A program made the translations under genes and the position numbers. Positions 9,721 to 18,366 of a stretch of 27,201 nucleotides of DNA are shown here, one piece after another. The notes below the pieces were generated by a model. That model had not been told where the DNA came from, made no database searches, and saw nothing but the letters and a program-made list of their open reading frames with translations. Positions within the stretch are counted from its first letter, which is position 1. Each line of letters starts with the position of its first letter. This DNA comes from a bacterium (GTDB taxonomy: Bacteria > RBG-13-61-14 > DATKZS01), in contig JAWOBU010000063.1 of assembly GCA_046484135.1 (NCBI GenBank), positions 1-27,201 of the forward strand, read 5' to 3'.

Positions 9721-10666
9721 TATGGTCGGTTTCCTCCAGCACCGCGTACTGGTCGGACGCCCGGAAGGAGTTGTGGGTGATAAGCTCGCCCACCAGACCC
9801 AGCGAAAGAAGCTGGGCCCCCAGGATCATGAGCATGATGCCGCCCATGAAAAGCGGCCGCGTGCCGATAGGGTCGTGGCCCGGAATAAACCAGATGCAGG
9901 TGAGGTACAAAAGCGCCGCGAATCCGAGAAAGCCCAGGGTAACGCCGATGCCGCCGAACAGGTGCAGCGGCCGCCGGGCGTACTGGGTTATAAAGAGCAC
10001 GGTCAGAAGATCGAAGAAGCCGCGGGGCATCCGGGCCAGGCCGTACTTGGACTTGCCGAACCTGCGCGGATGATGGCGCACCACGACCTCGCTTACCGTG
10101 AAACCCTGAGCTCCGGCAAGCGCGGGTATGAACCGGTGCAGGTCCCCGTAGATGCGAAGGTTCCTGATGACCTCGTGGCGGTAGGCCTTGAAGCCGCAGT
10201 TCATGTCGTGGACCCGGACACCGGACAAGACGCTGGTTACCAGGTTGGCCAGCCGGGAGGAGAACCTTTTACCCAGCGGGTCCTGACGTTCCTTCTTCCA
10301 ACCGGACACCAGGTGATACCCTTTGTCGAGCTCGTCCAGAAGAACGGGAATCTCCTCGGGGTCGTCCTGGAGGTCTGCGTCAATGGTGATGATGGTCCGG
10401 CCCGAAGCACGCTCGAAACCGGCGGTAAGCGCCGCGGACTTGCCGAAGTTGCGAAGGAAACGAACCGCCCGCACCCGGCCGTCACCCGCGGCCAACTCCT
10501 TCATCTTCTCGAAGCTCTTGTCCGCGCTGCCGTCGTCAACCAGGATTATCTCGAAGCTCTTTTCCCTCTCTTCAAGTACGCGCCGCGCCTTGTGGACAAG
10601 CTCCTCCACCGTCTCCTGTTCGTCCTTTACAGGCACCACCACGGATACCTCCGGTTTAACCTCCAT
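9713..10666 (-). CDS. GT2 polyprenol-phosphate glycosyltransferase (ArnC/GtrB/DPM1-like) with two C-terminal TMs
   Basis: VVVPVKDE, VDDGSAD, RNFGKSAA, DADLQDDP, HDMNCGFK, HRFIP, PRRFGKSKY. ATG 10666 overlaps the upstream stop (TGATG) and has a GGAGGAG RBS. Confidence 0.9.
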   Translation of the reverse strand: MEVKPEVSVVVPVKDEQETVEELVHKARRVLEEREKSFEIILVDDGSADKSFEKMKELAAGDGRVRAVRFLRNFGKSAALTAGFERASGRTIITIDADLQDDPEEIPVLLDELDKGYHLVSGWKKERQDPLGKRFSSRLANLVTSVLSGVRVHDMNCGFKAYRHEVIRNLRIYGDLHRFIPALAGAQGFTVSEVVVRHHPRRFGKSKYGLARMPRGFFDLLTVLFITQYARRPLHLFGGIGVTLGFLGFAALLYLTCIWFIPGHDPIGTRPLFMGGIMLMILGAQLLSLGLVGELITHNSFRASDQYAVLEETDHNG

Positions 10667-12324
10667 CAATCTCCTCCTCGCAGGCGGCGGTAAATAAAGT
10701 AGTCCTCGATCTTGTTCTCCAGGAAGTAATCTCTTTTCACAAGCTCATAAAAAGAAGCGAACTCCTTCATCTGTTCATAAGACTCTTGCGGCTCGATAGA
10801 TGTTGCATCGTTCTCGATCACTATTATATAAACAGGAGGGTTTTCGGAGATATCCGAGAGAAACTCGCTGCGCAACCGGGAGCGGTACGCGCGGAAAGCA
10901 TCATTCCCGCGGGGCCGCGTCACCAGCGGCTGGTCGTAAGCGAACCGGGTGGGGGCGAAGCGCTCGGCCGCTATGTAAAGGCCGGGCTCGAGGCCGAAGA
11001 CCAGGACCGGCTCTCCCGGCGAGGCGTTTTCCTTTATGTAGTCCGCGACCGCTTGGGAGGCCAGGGGACTTATGTCTCCTCCGCCCCACGAGCCGTATGC
11101 GGAGAGAAAGTCGCGCTCCGCGATCATCCCCAGGTCGTAAAGAAGCTCTCTCTTGTACCTTTTGCCTGAGGGGACCAGGTTGCCCAGAAACAGGGCGAAG
11201 AGGACCAGGACGATAACGGCACGGTAACTTTTTTCCCTTGGTCCGCTGATGCCGCCGGGAGCTGTTTTTGTTTTCGCCGCACGGGCAATGTAAGCCGCTC
11301 CGGCCGCGGCCATGACGGAAGCGGGAAGCAACAGCGGAATCCAGTGATAGGTGAAGAACTTCATCTGCACAATCACCTGGAACAGTAAAAGCAGGCCGAA
11401 GACAAGCAACAGCCGTATTCGGAGGTCCCCGCTTTTTCGGTAAGACACGAGAGCGGCAACCGAAAGCACCACCAGAAACCGCCATTCATAAAGCCAGGAC
11501 ACAAGGTTTCCGGAAGACTTCTTCAAAACGTGGGATAAGCCCTGGTAGCTCTGTCCGCCGTAAAAGCCTCCGAACCGGAAGACCGACTCGGCCATCGCGC
11601 CCAGGCTGTCTGTAGACAGGAGGTAGAGAAGAAGCGGGACAAAGGAGATCACAAAGCCGGCTGCCGCCGCACCAAGGCTTTTGAATCCGGGCTTCCGCCA
11701 CTTTAGGCCCGCGAAAGCCGGGTAGAGACAAGCGATAAGCACAATGGCGAGAGTCGGTTTGAACTGGGCGGCGAAACCCGCGAACAGACCGGCCAGTGCC
11801 GCCCACCCAATCTTGGAGCGGTTTTGCTTCGGCTCTTTTAAAAGCCCGCCGTTTGTTTGGTTTGCTGCCGGCAAGGCCTTGAAGCTCGCGAGAAGGCACA
11901 GGGCGAGGGGCAGGCAGGCCAGGCTTTCCTTCTGGGCGATGTCCCAGTAATCGGTGTACATGACCACTGAGAAAGCGCCGTAGAAGAAGCCGGCCAGGGC
12001 GGCGACTTCTTTTTTCAGAAGCTGCCGGGCGGCGGCATAAACGGCGAGGTAAGTTAAGAGGACCAAAGTTACGTGAAAGAGGTTTACGGACTCGGGAAAG
12101 GGTAAAGGTATGAAGCGGGCCAGGAGGTAGGCGAAGAAAATGCCGGGGAAGTTAAAGTGGTAGACGTCTCGGTAGACCACGCCCCCTTGCGCCATGACCT
12201 CGGCCACGTAAGCGGAAACACCCTGGTCCCGGCCGAAGGGCACATGGACAGACACCAGTCCCAAGCCGGCGCAGAGGAAAACGCCTCCTATCAAAATAAT
12301 CCATGTTCTGCCGCGTTCCGCCAT
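10666..12324 (-). CDS. Polytopic GT-C fold glycosyltransferase (ArnT/PMT_2/GT39-like)
   Basis: About 10-11 TM segments; first loop 'RDQG...GGVVYRDVYHFNFPG'; conserved-type E (QKES) and K (QFKPT); 'KFFTYHWIPLL'; soluble C-terminal domain. Start chosen at ATG 12324 (uncertain). Confidence 0.75.
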   Translation of the reverse strand: MAERGRTWIILIGGVFLCAGLGLVSVHVPFGRDQGVSAYVAEVMAQGGVVYRDVYHFNFPGIFFAYLLARFIPLPFPESVNLFHVTLVLLTYLAVYAAARQLLKKEVAALAGFFYGAFSVVMYTDYWDIAQKESLACLPLALCLLASFKALPAANQTNGGLLKEPKQNRSKIGWAALAGLFAGFAAQFKPTLAIVLIACLYPAFAGLKWRKPGFKSLGAAAAGFVISFVPLLLYLLSTDSLGAMAESVFRFGGFYGGQSYQGLSHVLKKSSGNLVSWLYEWRFLVVLSVAALVSYRKSGDLRIRLLLVFGLLLLFQVIVQMKFFTYHWIPLLLPASVMAAAGAAYIARAAKTKTAPGGISGPREKSYRAVIVLVLFALFLGNLVPSGKRYKRELLYDLGMIAERDFLSAYGSWGGGDISPLASQAVADYIKENASPGEPVLVFGLEPGLYIAAERFAPTRFAYDQPLVTRPRGNDAFRAYRSRLRSEFLSDISENPPVYIIVIENDATSIEPQESYEQMKEFASFYELVKRDYFLENKIEDYFIYRRLRGGD

Positions 12325-12447
12325 GATCTTTTGCGCTTGCCTTTTTAAGGAAACCGTGGACAAGCACCAGGACTCATTGTACTTTCGTAAAGCTCGTGGT
12401 TGCAACAGCAGAGGCTTTTAAAAAGAGCGGCTTTTTCGGAGGCCAGC

Positions 12448-12476
12448 TTTAAGACCGGCAGCGGAATGTATAAAAT
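12448..12476 (+). promoter_or_regulatory. Putative sigma70 promoter for the GDT1-family gene
   Basis: TTTAAG-N17-TAAAAT about 60 nt upstream of the start. Confidence 0.4.
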
Positions 12477-12534
12477 AGAAAAGACATGAGCGCGGCATGC
12501 CCGGCTTCCACAACCTTTTTCAAGGAGGAGACAA

Positions 12535-12807
12535 TTGGAGTGGAAAACCTTTTTTGCTACTTTCGGGGCCTTGTTCCTGGCGGAGATGGGAGACAAGACC
12601 CAGCTCGCGGCTATTTCCATGACCTCGAAGTCGGGGCGGCCCCTGTCGGTGTTCCTGGGCGGAGTGCTCGCGCTCGCCGCAGTAACTTTGATCGGCGTTC
12701 TGGCGGGAGAAGGACTGACACGGTTGGTCCCGGAGGAATACATAAAGCACGGCGCGGCCGCCCTGTTCATAATCATCGGGGCACTCATGTGGTTCGATGT
12801 CCTGTAA
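12535..12807 (+). CDS. TMEM165/GDT1 (UPF0016) family single-domain Mn2+/Ca2+ transporter
   Basis: 90 aa, 3 TMs, signature AEMGDKTQ (E-phi-G-D-K-T); AAGGAGGAG RBS before the TTG start. Confidence 0.92.
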   Translation: MEWKTFFATFGALFLAEMGDKTQLAAISMTSKSGRPLSVFLGGVLALAAVTLIGVLAGEGLTRLVPEEYIKHGAAALFIIIGALMWFDVL

Positions 12808-13026
12808 GGTGAAAGAGGCCCCAGGCTGTCCGTCCTGTCCTTTATACGGCAAGACTTTTTCCGGTCCTGCTTCGAGTTTGCTTGAAATTGATTTTACTCC
12901 TAACTTGTGCAATAAATTAGAGACGACCGGTTGATGTCTTAATAATTACACAGGAAAAATTTCCCGCCTGTTATCTGCATGGCCTGCTCCGCACGGTATC
13001 CGGCCGGGAAGCCAAAGGATCCTAAA

Positions 13027-15435
13027 ATGACTGATCAAGCCTTCCGTATGTCTAACCAGGTCCGTGGGTCCCTCCGGTATCTGCCGCCCTTGGTCCTGTT
13101 GATTTTTCTTGTTCTTCCTTTCGGTGTAGCCCGCGGCCAGAATGTAAGCCTTAGCATTCAGAGCGTGGAGCGCACGGAGGACGGGTTCCTGGTAAAGGGC
13201 AGTGTAACCGCTTCGGACCTGAACGCGGGCAAGGGCATAGTCACGCACGATGACATGTACATAAACGCGGACATCAAGGAAGGCCCTGGTTCCAAATATC
13301 AGAAGCTCTGGGAGAGCATGTACGTTCGGCCGCCCAAAGGCGCGGAAACTCCCTATACCAAGGGAAGCGGTCCCGGCGATACCATGACCAAGGCGGAGAA
13401 AAACGGCGTCAACCTGGCAAAGGTGGGCCTTGCATCGTTCGAGCTCCGCAAGTCGCCGGTGTGGAAGGCTTACGGCGGGCTGGGAGAATGGAAGAAAAAC
13501 GCTCCTTCCACCGTGATCAAAAAGTTCGAGGGGAAAATCCCCCTGAATTACGAGGGCAAGAGCGCCCGCGTCCGCGCCACCTTGAAGCGGAGCGTGGGCG
13601 GGCCGCACGCGGCCTGGCCGGCGTTCTTTTTCTTTCACGATACAGTGGACCTGGGCAGACTGGGCAAGAAACAGGGCGGCTCCCCCGACCAGGGATGCGC
13701 TGACAACGACAAGGACTGCGACGGAGTGGCGAACTGCCGGGACGTTTGCCCGAACACCAAGGGCAAGCCTCCTTACCGGAAGAGCATGGGCTGTCCGAAC
13801 AACCAACTGAAGCTCCAAAAAGGACAGGCCCGGGCGGAGTATATCCTTCGCAACCAGTTGCGGGAGACCCTGAAGTGCATGGGCATAAAAAACGCGCATG
13901 AGCATTCCATGAACCTTCTTTTCGAGGACAAGCAGGGCGGGCCGGAGTACAAGGACCAGCAGGACCTGGCGCTGGCGCCAGGTATGCCCACCGTGTTTGT
14001 GAGCGTGAACCATTTGTTCAACTTCTTGCAGGACGAGCTCGAGGCAGGCTGCGGCAAAAAGAAAAAGGGCCTAGCATCGCACGGCTCGTTCTATCACGAG
14101 TTCGGCCACTACATTGCCGAGATCACCGGCATGGACGACGTGGCGGGGGCTGAGGTTACCGAGCACAACACCTGGAAGAAGAGCAACCCCGGCCTGGCCC
14201 TGGACGAGGGCAGGGCGGACTTCATCATGCTCATGATGTCAAGGCAACATAATCGTAAGATCATGGAAAGCTCGGACTACGGCAAGGGGCATGCAAAAAA
14301 GCTCGGCAACAGGGCCGGCAACTCGATGGAAGGGGCATTGACTTCTTTCTGGACGGACGTTTTCAAGTCGCAAACTCCATGCTCGGCGCTCCGGGACTTT
14401 CACAGCGCCCACCAGGAGTTCAAACAAAAGCACGGCGCTCCCCAAAACATCAAAGACTGGATCACGGGTTATGACGAGTTGTTGTACAAAAATTACCGGC
14501 GGGGCAGGCTGCCGCAAGCCGAGTATGCCAGGCGTCAGCAGGCCATGGGCAAGGCCGCGCGCACTTATAACATTATGCCGGACACAGGCATGATGTATCT
14601 TCTCGGTAACGCCAAGGGCATAAAGGACGTAAAGTATGATTCCAAACAGGGCAGGAAGACGGTAACCCTGGACGCGAAGGTTCAAAACCGGGTCGGGTTT
14701 TACGGTCCGAACGCCTACGCCGTGGTGGAGGGGAGATGGGGCAAGCTCAACGTTGAACCGCTCCACACCGACTACGAGGTCAAGATACTGAAGGACAAGC
14801 TCCTGGTTACCCTGCACAAGGGGTCAGTAAAGGTGTATCCTCCGGGAAGGAAGCCGGAGCTCGTAAAGGAGAAGTCCAGCTTTCCATGGTACTTTAATAA
14901 AAAGGAGGACTCTGGCGCCGGTAAAAACCATCTTCCGGAAGGAAATCTTCAAGAGGCCAACTGTAAAGTAATCCGGGGCTGGGCCCGCGACCCTGACACC
15001 AGCCATCACCTGGATATTCACGTTTATATGGACAAACCGGGCGGTGATAAAAACTTCTTGACCGGGTTTCCAGCCAAGCAGCACCGGCCGGAGCTTCCCT
15101 TTCCAGACAAGAAGCACGGCTTCCGGATCAGCACTCCGGAAAAGCTCAAGGACGGCAAAGTTCACAAGATTTACGTTTACGCCATTGACGCGCAAGGCGG
15201 TAAGAACCCCATGCTGAAAGGCTCTCCCGCCAAAATAAAATGCACGAACGTAGAAGAGGGCGGCGGCAACAACAACATTGACGCCCGCAAGGCCTACCAG
15301 GAGTACATCTCCGCCTACAACCGCCTGACCGATCTCATGAGCCAGGGAAAGGGCGACACCCCGGAAGCGAAGAAAGCCTACCAGGACTACAAGAAGGCAA
15401 AGGCCCGCTACGAAAAGGCGATAAACAAGAAGTGA
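13027..15435 (+). CDS. Secreted multidomain protein, putative gluzincin zinc metallopeptidase with a TSP3-like Ca-binding repeat
   Basis: Signal peptide (LVLLIFLVLPFGVARG); DNDKDCDGVANCRDVCP; HEFGH plus ALDEGRADF; GWARDPD...HGF...VYAID domain. Start uncertain (12979, 13027 or 13048). Confidence 0.65.
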   Translation: MTDQAFRMSNQVRGSLRYLPPLVLLIFLVLPFGVARGQNVSLSIQSVERTEDGFLVKGSVTASDLNAGKGIVTHDDMYINADIKEGPGSKYQKLWESMYVRPPKGAETPYTKGSGPGDTMTKAEKNGVNLAKVGLASFELRKSPVWKAYGGLGEWKKNAPSTVIKKFEGKIPLNYEGKSARVRATLKRSVGGPHAAWPAFFFFHDTVDLGRLGKKQGGSPDQGCADNDKDCDGVANCRDVCPNTKGKPPYRKSMGCPNNQLKLQKGQARAEYILRNQLRETLKCMGIKNAHEHSMNLLFEDKQGGPEYKDQQDLALAPGMPTVFVSVNHLFNFLQDELEAGCGKKKKGLASHGSFYHEFGHYIAEITGMDDVAGAEVTEHNTWKKSNPGLALDEGRADFIMLMMSRQHNRKIMESSDYGKGHAKKLGNRAGNSMEGALTSFWTDVFKSQTPCSALRDFHSAHQEFKQKHGAPQNIKDWITGYDELLYKNYRRGRLPQAEYARRQQAMGKAARTYNIMPDTGMMYLLGNAKGIKDVKYDSKQGRKTVTLDAKVQNRVGFYGPNAYAVVEGRWGKLNVEPLHTDYEVKILKDKLLVTLHKGSVKVYPPGRKPELVKEKSSFPWYFNKKEDSGAGKNHLPEGNLQEANCKVIRGWARDPDTSHHLDIHVYMDKPGGDKNFLTGFPAKQHRPELPFPDKKHGFRISTPEKLKDGKVHKIYVYAIDAQGGKNPMLKGSPAKIKCTNVEEGGGNNNIDARKAYQEYISAYNRLTDLMSQGKGDTPEAKKAYQDYKKAKARYEKAINKK

Positions 15436-15495
15436 GGCGGAGGTTTTGTTTTCTCGTCGGCGGTAAGGCAACCCCGACGTGTACATGCCTCTGAA

Positions 15496-16452
15496 TCATG
15501 ACTCCGTCCTCTCGGAAAAGGAAAACTGCTTTTTGGGTGTGAGAATGGACCAGTCCAGATCATGCTCATCTTCTATCACCACGTCGGAAAAGATGAGGGA
15601 GTTGGAAACCTTTATGGAGGGCGGAATCCTCACCCGGTCTCCTATTACCGAGTTCTTGACGTTCGAAGGCGGCGGTCCGTTAAAGTCCTCTCCGATCCAG
15701 CGCTCCCGTCCCTGGAGGGAAAGCTCTCTCTGGTTTACGTCCAAAAGGTCCGACGGATATGTGAGGTTCGAGTCCTCGATCACGTCCTCCATGAAGGTGA
15801 CCCGGAAGCCGTCCTGGATCAAAAGCTCGATAGACTCGGTGATCTCGTACTCGTCGCGGGCCGCGGTGCGGGGAGTGCGCCTGACCGCGTCGAAGATGTG
15901 CAGATCGAACGCGTAAAGACCGCACCCTTTCAGGTTGGTGGCCGGATGGCGGGGTTTTTCCATGACCTTTTTTACGCTGCCGTCCTCGTTCGTAAGGATG
16001 GCGAAGTTCCGCTGCAGGGACTCGATGTTTTCTTCCCGGGTGGCTGCCAGGACAGCGTTGGCCTCGCCGGAAAGCAAGGGCAGGACCAGGCCGGAAAGGT
16101 CAGGACAGCGGAAGTAGACGTCTCCCAGGAAAAGAACGAACGGCCGGTCAATGCGGGACTCGAGCTCTCCCACTGCGTGGGCGATGCCGAGCGTTTGTTC
16201 CTGGTGCACGTACTCGATCTCGAGGCCCAGCTCGCTTCCGTCGCCGATCCGGCGGACGATCTCGAACCCGTAATACCCCACCACGATGATGAGCTTTTTG
16301 ATGCCGAGTCTTGCCATGTGATCGAGCTGATAGGAAAGGAGCGGACGGTTCAGGATGGGCAGGAGAGGCTTGGGAAGCTTCTCGAACGGGTGCATCCTCG
16401 TGCCCATGCCTGCGGCAAGGATAACGCCTATAAGCTCGTCCGGCCGGGTCAC
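15496..16452 (-). CDS. Sugar-1-phosphate nucleotidyltransferase (glucose-1-phosphate thymidylyltransferase long-form-like)
   Basis: ILAAGMGTRMHP...PKPL, QEQTLGIAHAV, LGD, EKP, RDEYEITE and a short hexapeptide-like tail; GTG start overlaps the upstream stop by 4 nt. Confidence 0.85.
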   Translation of the reverse strand: MTRPDELIGVILAAGMGTRMHPFEKLPKPLLPILNRPLLSYQLDHMARLGIKKLIIVVGYYGFEIVRRIGDGSELGLEIEYVHQEQTLGIAHAVGELESRIDRPFVLFLGDVYFRCPDLSGLVLPLLSGEANAVLAATREENIESLQRNFAILTNEDGSVKKVMEKPRHPATNLKGCGLYAFDLHIFDAVRRTPRTAARDEYEITESIELLIQDGFRVTFMEDVIEDSNLTYPSDLLDVNQRELSLQGRERWIGEDFNGPPPSNVKNSVIGDRVRIPPSIKVSNSLIFSDVVIEDEHDLDWSILTPKKQFSFSERTES

Positions 16453-17186
16453 GATCGGTCCTTCCTTATCACTTTCCAGTCCTCGAGCCAGAACCGGAGC
16501 CGGAGGTAGAGCGCAAAAGCCAGGAAATGAAAGCCGCTCTTTAAAATCCTGAACTTGCCTTTGCCGCCGAGCCGCGCCAGGTGGTCTACGGGGTGTTCGC
16601 CCAGCCGGAACCCCTGTCTCGCGGCCCGGACCACCAGCTCGGTGGGGGTCGCGATTCCGGCGGCTTCGATCTTTACGGAAGAAGCCACTTCCTTGCGGAA
16701 GACTTTAAGGGCGCAGTTGGTGTCCCGGAGCCGGGTGCAAAAAAGCACCCTTACCACCAGGTTGAGGATACGGTCGCTTAACACCATGGTCCACTTGTCC
16801 TTTTTGCCCCGGCGACGGCCGCTTACCAGGTCCAGGTTCTCGTCCAAAAGCTTGGCCAAAAGAGGCGGAAAATCGGAAAGCCGGAACTGCCCGTCCGAGT
16901 CCAGGGTCACGATATAATCTCCGCCCGCGGCCTGCAAGGCTTGGGAAAGAGCGGGGCCGTAGCCGTGATCGCCCTCAACCGCGACGACCCTTACATTGTC
17001 CCGGCCCAAAGACCGGATGATATCAGCGGTGCCGTCGGTACTGCCGTCGTCGGCAATGATGATCTCCCAATCATGACCCTGCTCTTCCAGGACCCGCACC
17101 CATTCCTTTACCACCTCCGCTATGACCTCTGACTCGTTATAAGCGGGGGCCGCCACCGAAATAAAAAAGTTGCCCGGATTAGCCAT
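16449..17186 (-). CDS. GT2 glycosyltransferase (DPM1-like, no clear TM)
   Basis: PAYNE, DDGSTDGT, GYGPAL, LDSDGQF, LVSGRR, DTNCALKVFR. Confidence 0.88.
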   Translation of the reverse strand: MANPGNFFISVAAPAYNESEVIAEVVKEWVRVLEEQGHDWEIIIADDGSTDGTADIIRSLGRDNVRVVAVEGDHGYGPALSQALQAAGGDYIVTLDSDGQFRLSDFPPLLAKLLDENLDLVSGRRRGKKDKWTMVLSDRILNLVVRVLFCTRLRDTNCALKVFRKEVASSVKIEAAGIATPTELVVRAARQGFRLGEHPVDHLARLGGKGKFRILKSGFHFLAFALYLRLRFWLEDWKVIRKDRS

Positions 17187-17268
17187 GCGAGAATTTTTCA
17201 GGAAAAACAGTTGTTGGCCGGCAGAGAAAGCACGTTAAAGAAGCCTTACCTGGCCCGCCACTCTCGGC

Positions 17269-17296
17269 ATGATACCCTTTTGCCGTCAAATGTCAA
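17269..17296 (-). promoter_or_regulatory. Putative sigma70 promoter for the GT2-nucleotidyltransferase pair
   Basis: Minus strand TTGACA-N16-TATCAT. Confidence 0.55.
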
Positions 17297-17360
17297 GCAG
17301 TTAGCGCGATTACAACAACAGAGAAGCAGCGCTTCTGCAACAGGATTCAAGCTCCTCTTA

Positions 17361-17389
17361 TTGGCCTTCACCTTGTGATCCTTTATAAT
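17361..17389 (+). promoter_or_regulatory. Putative sigma70 promoter for the formyltransferase-like gene
   Basis: TTGGCC-N17-TATAAT, divergent from the promoter at 17269-17296. Confidence 0.5.
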
Positions 17390-17448
17390 CGGAAGAAGCT
17401 TTTTGCAAAAGGCCCGGAAAGATATTTTTTCAAGGCGGAGAAGTTGTA

Positions 17449-18366
17449 ATGAAGGCAGTTGTTTTTGCCGCCCGGAGCGCCGGTGTTTGCGGGCTTCAGG
17501 CGCTTCTGGACCGCGGTGTCGAGGTGTTGAAGGTTTTCGCGGAGGCCGTGCCCGCGGGAGCGGAGGGTTTTTACGATTCTCCGGCGGAGTTTTGCCGGGA
17601 GCGGGATATTCCTTTCGCTTTCTGTTCCGGGGAGGAGCTTCCGGCTTTGATCTCGGAAGTCCGCGATTTGTCTCCGGAGGCGGGTTTTGCTTTTGACTTT
17701 TACAGCGTTTTACAGCCGGAGCTTGTAAGCCTTTCCGCCCAGGGCTTTTATTTTCTTCATCTTTCCCTGCTTCCGGCCTGCCAGGGGCCGTGGCCGGTCA
17801 ACCGGGCCATACTGGAAGGAGAGAGAAAGACGGGGGTAACGCTGGGCCGGGTTTTCGGAGCCCCCTTGCAGGCCCGGGAGGCGGCCCGGCGGGAGGTATG
17901 GATATCCAACCATGACACCGCTCCTTCACTGTATCACAAGCTGGCGCGGGAAGGCGCCGAGCTTCTTGACCGCACGCTTCCTTCCCTGAAAGCGGGGTCC
18001 CTGGACTGGAAGCCCCTGGAGATGAAGCCCGGCAGCCATTACCGGAGCCCGGAAGAAGCCGCCCGCATTGACTGGCTTTTGCGCTCCTTCCAGGTCTATA
18101 ACCGGGTGCGGGCGTTGACGCGGCCTTTCGGCGGCGCCTATACCGTTCTCGACAAAGAAACCATGATCGTGTGGCGGGCAATGCCGGACGACACCAATCC
18201 GGGCCTTCTCTCGGCGGGGGAACTGGACGCTGATGAAGGGAAGCTGTACGTGGGCACGCGGGAAGGTGCGGTGCGTCTTTTGGAGGTCGAGTGGAAAGGC
18301 GAGCTTTTGGAGGAGCCCCGGATAGCCGAGGTGGTCGGCCCCTACTGGCCGCAGAAGTTCGAGTGA
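17449..18366 (+). CDS. Stand-alone ArnA N-terminal formyltransferase-like protein with degenerate active site
   Basis: MKAVVFA...G..GLQALL, FYDS, LHLSLLP...G..P.N, GE..TGVTL, LYHKL, IDW...VYNRVRALTRPFGGAY; colinear with the ArnA transformylase domain as I recall it. Confidence 0.8.
   Translation: MKAVVFAARSAGVCGLQALLDRGVEVLKVFAEAVPAGAEGFYDSPAEFCRERDIPFAFCSGEELPALISEVRDLSPEAGFAFDFYSVLQPELVSLSAQGFYFLHLSLLPACQGPWPVNRAILEGERKTGVTLGRVFGAPLQAREAARREVWISNHDTAPSLYHKLAREGAELLDRTLPSLKAGSLDWKPLEMKPGSHYRSPEEAARIDWLLRSFQVYNRVRALTRPFGGAYTVLDKETMIVWRAMPDDTNPGLLSAGELDADEGKLYVGTREGAVRLLEVEWKGELLEEPRIAEVVGPYWPQKFE

Noticed and set aside
12325..12534. yybP-ykoY Mn riboswitch before the GDT1-family gene
   Set aside because: Consensus elements are not visible and the putative leader is only about 50 nt.
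17449..18366. Methionyl-tRNA formyltransferase (fmt) linked to metG and tRNA-fMet
   Set aside because: Lacks the Fmt FMGTP and QPD motifs, resembles ArnA instead, and the catalytic triad is degenerate.
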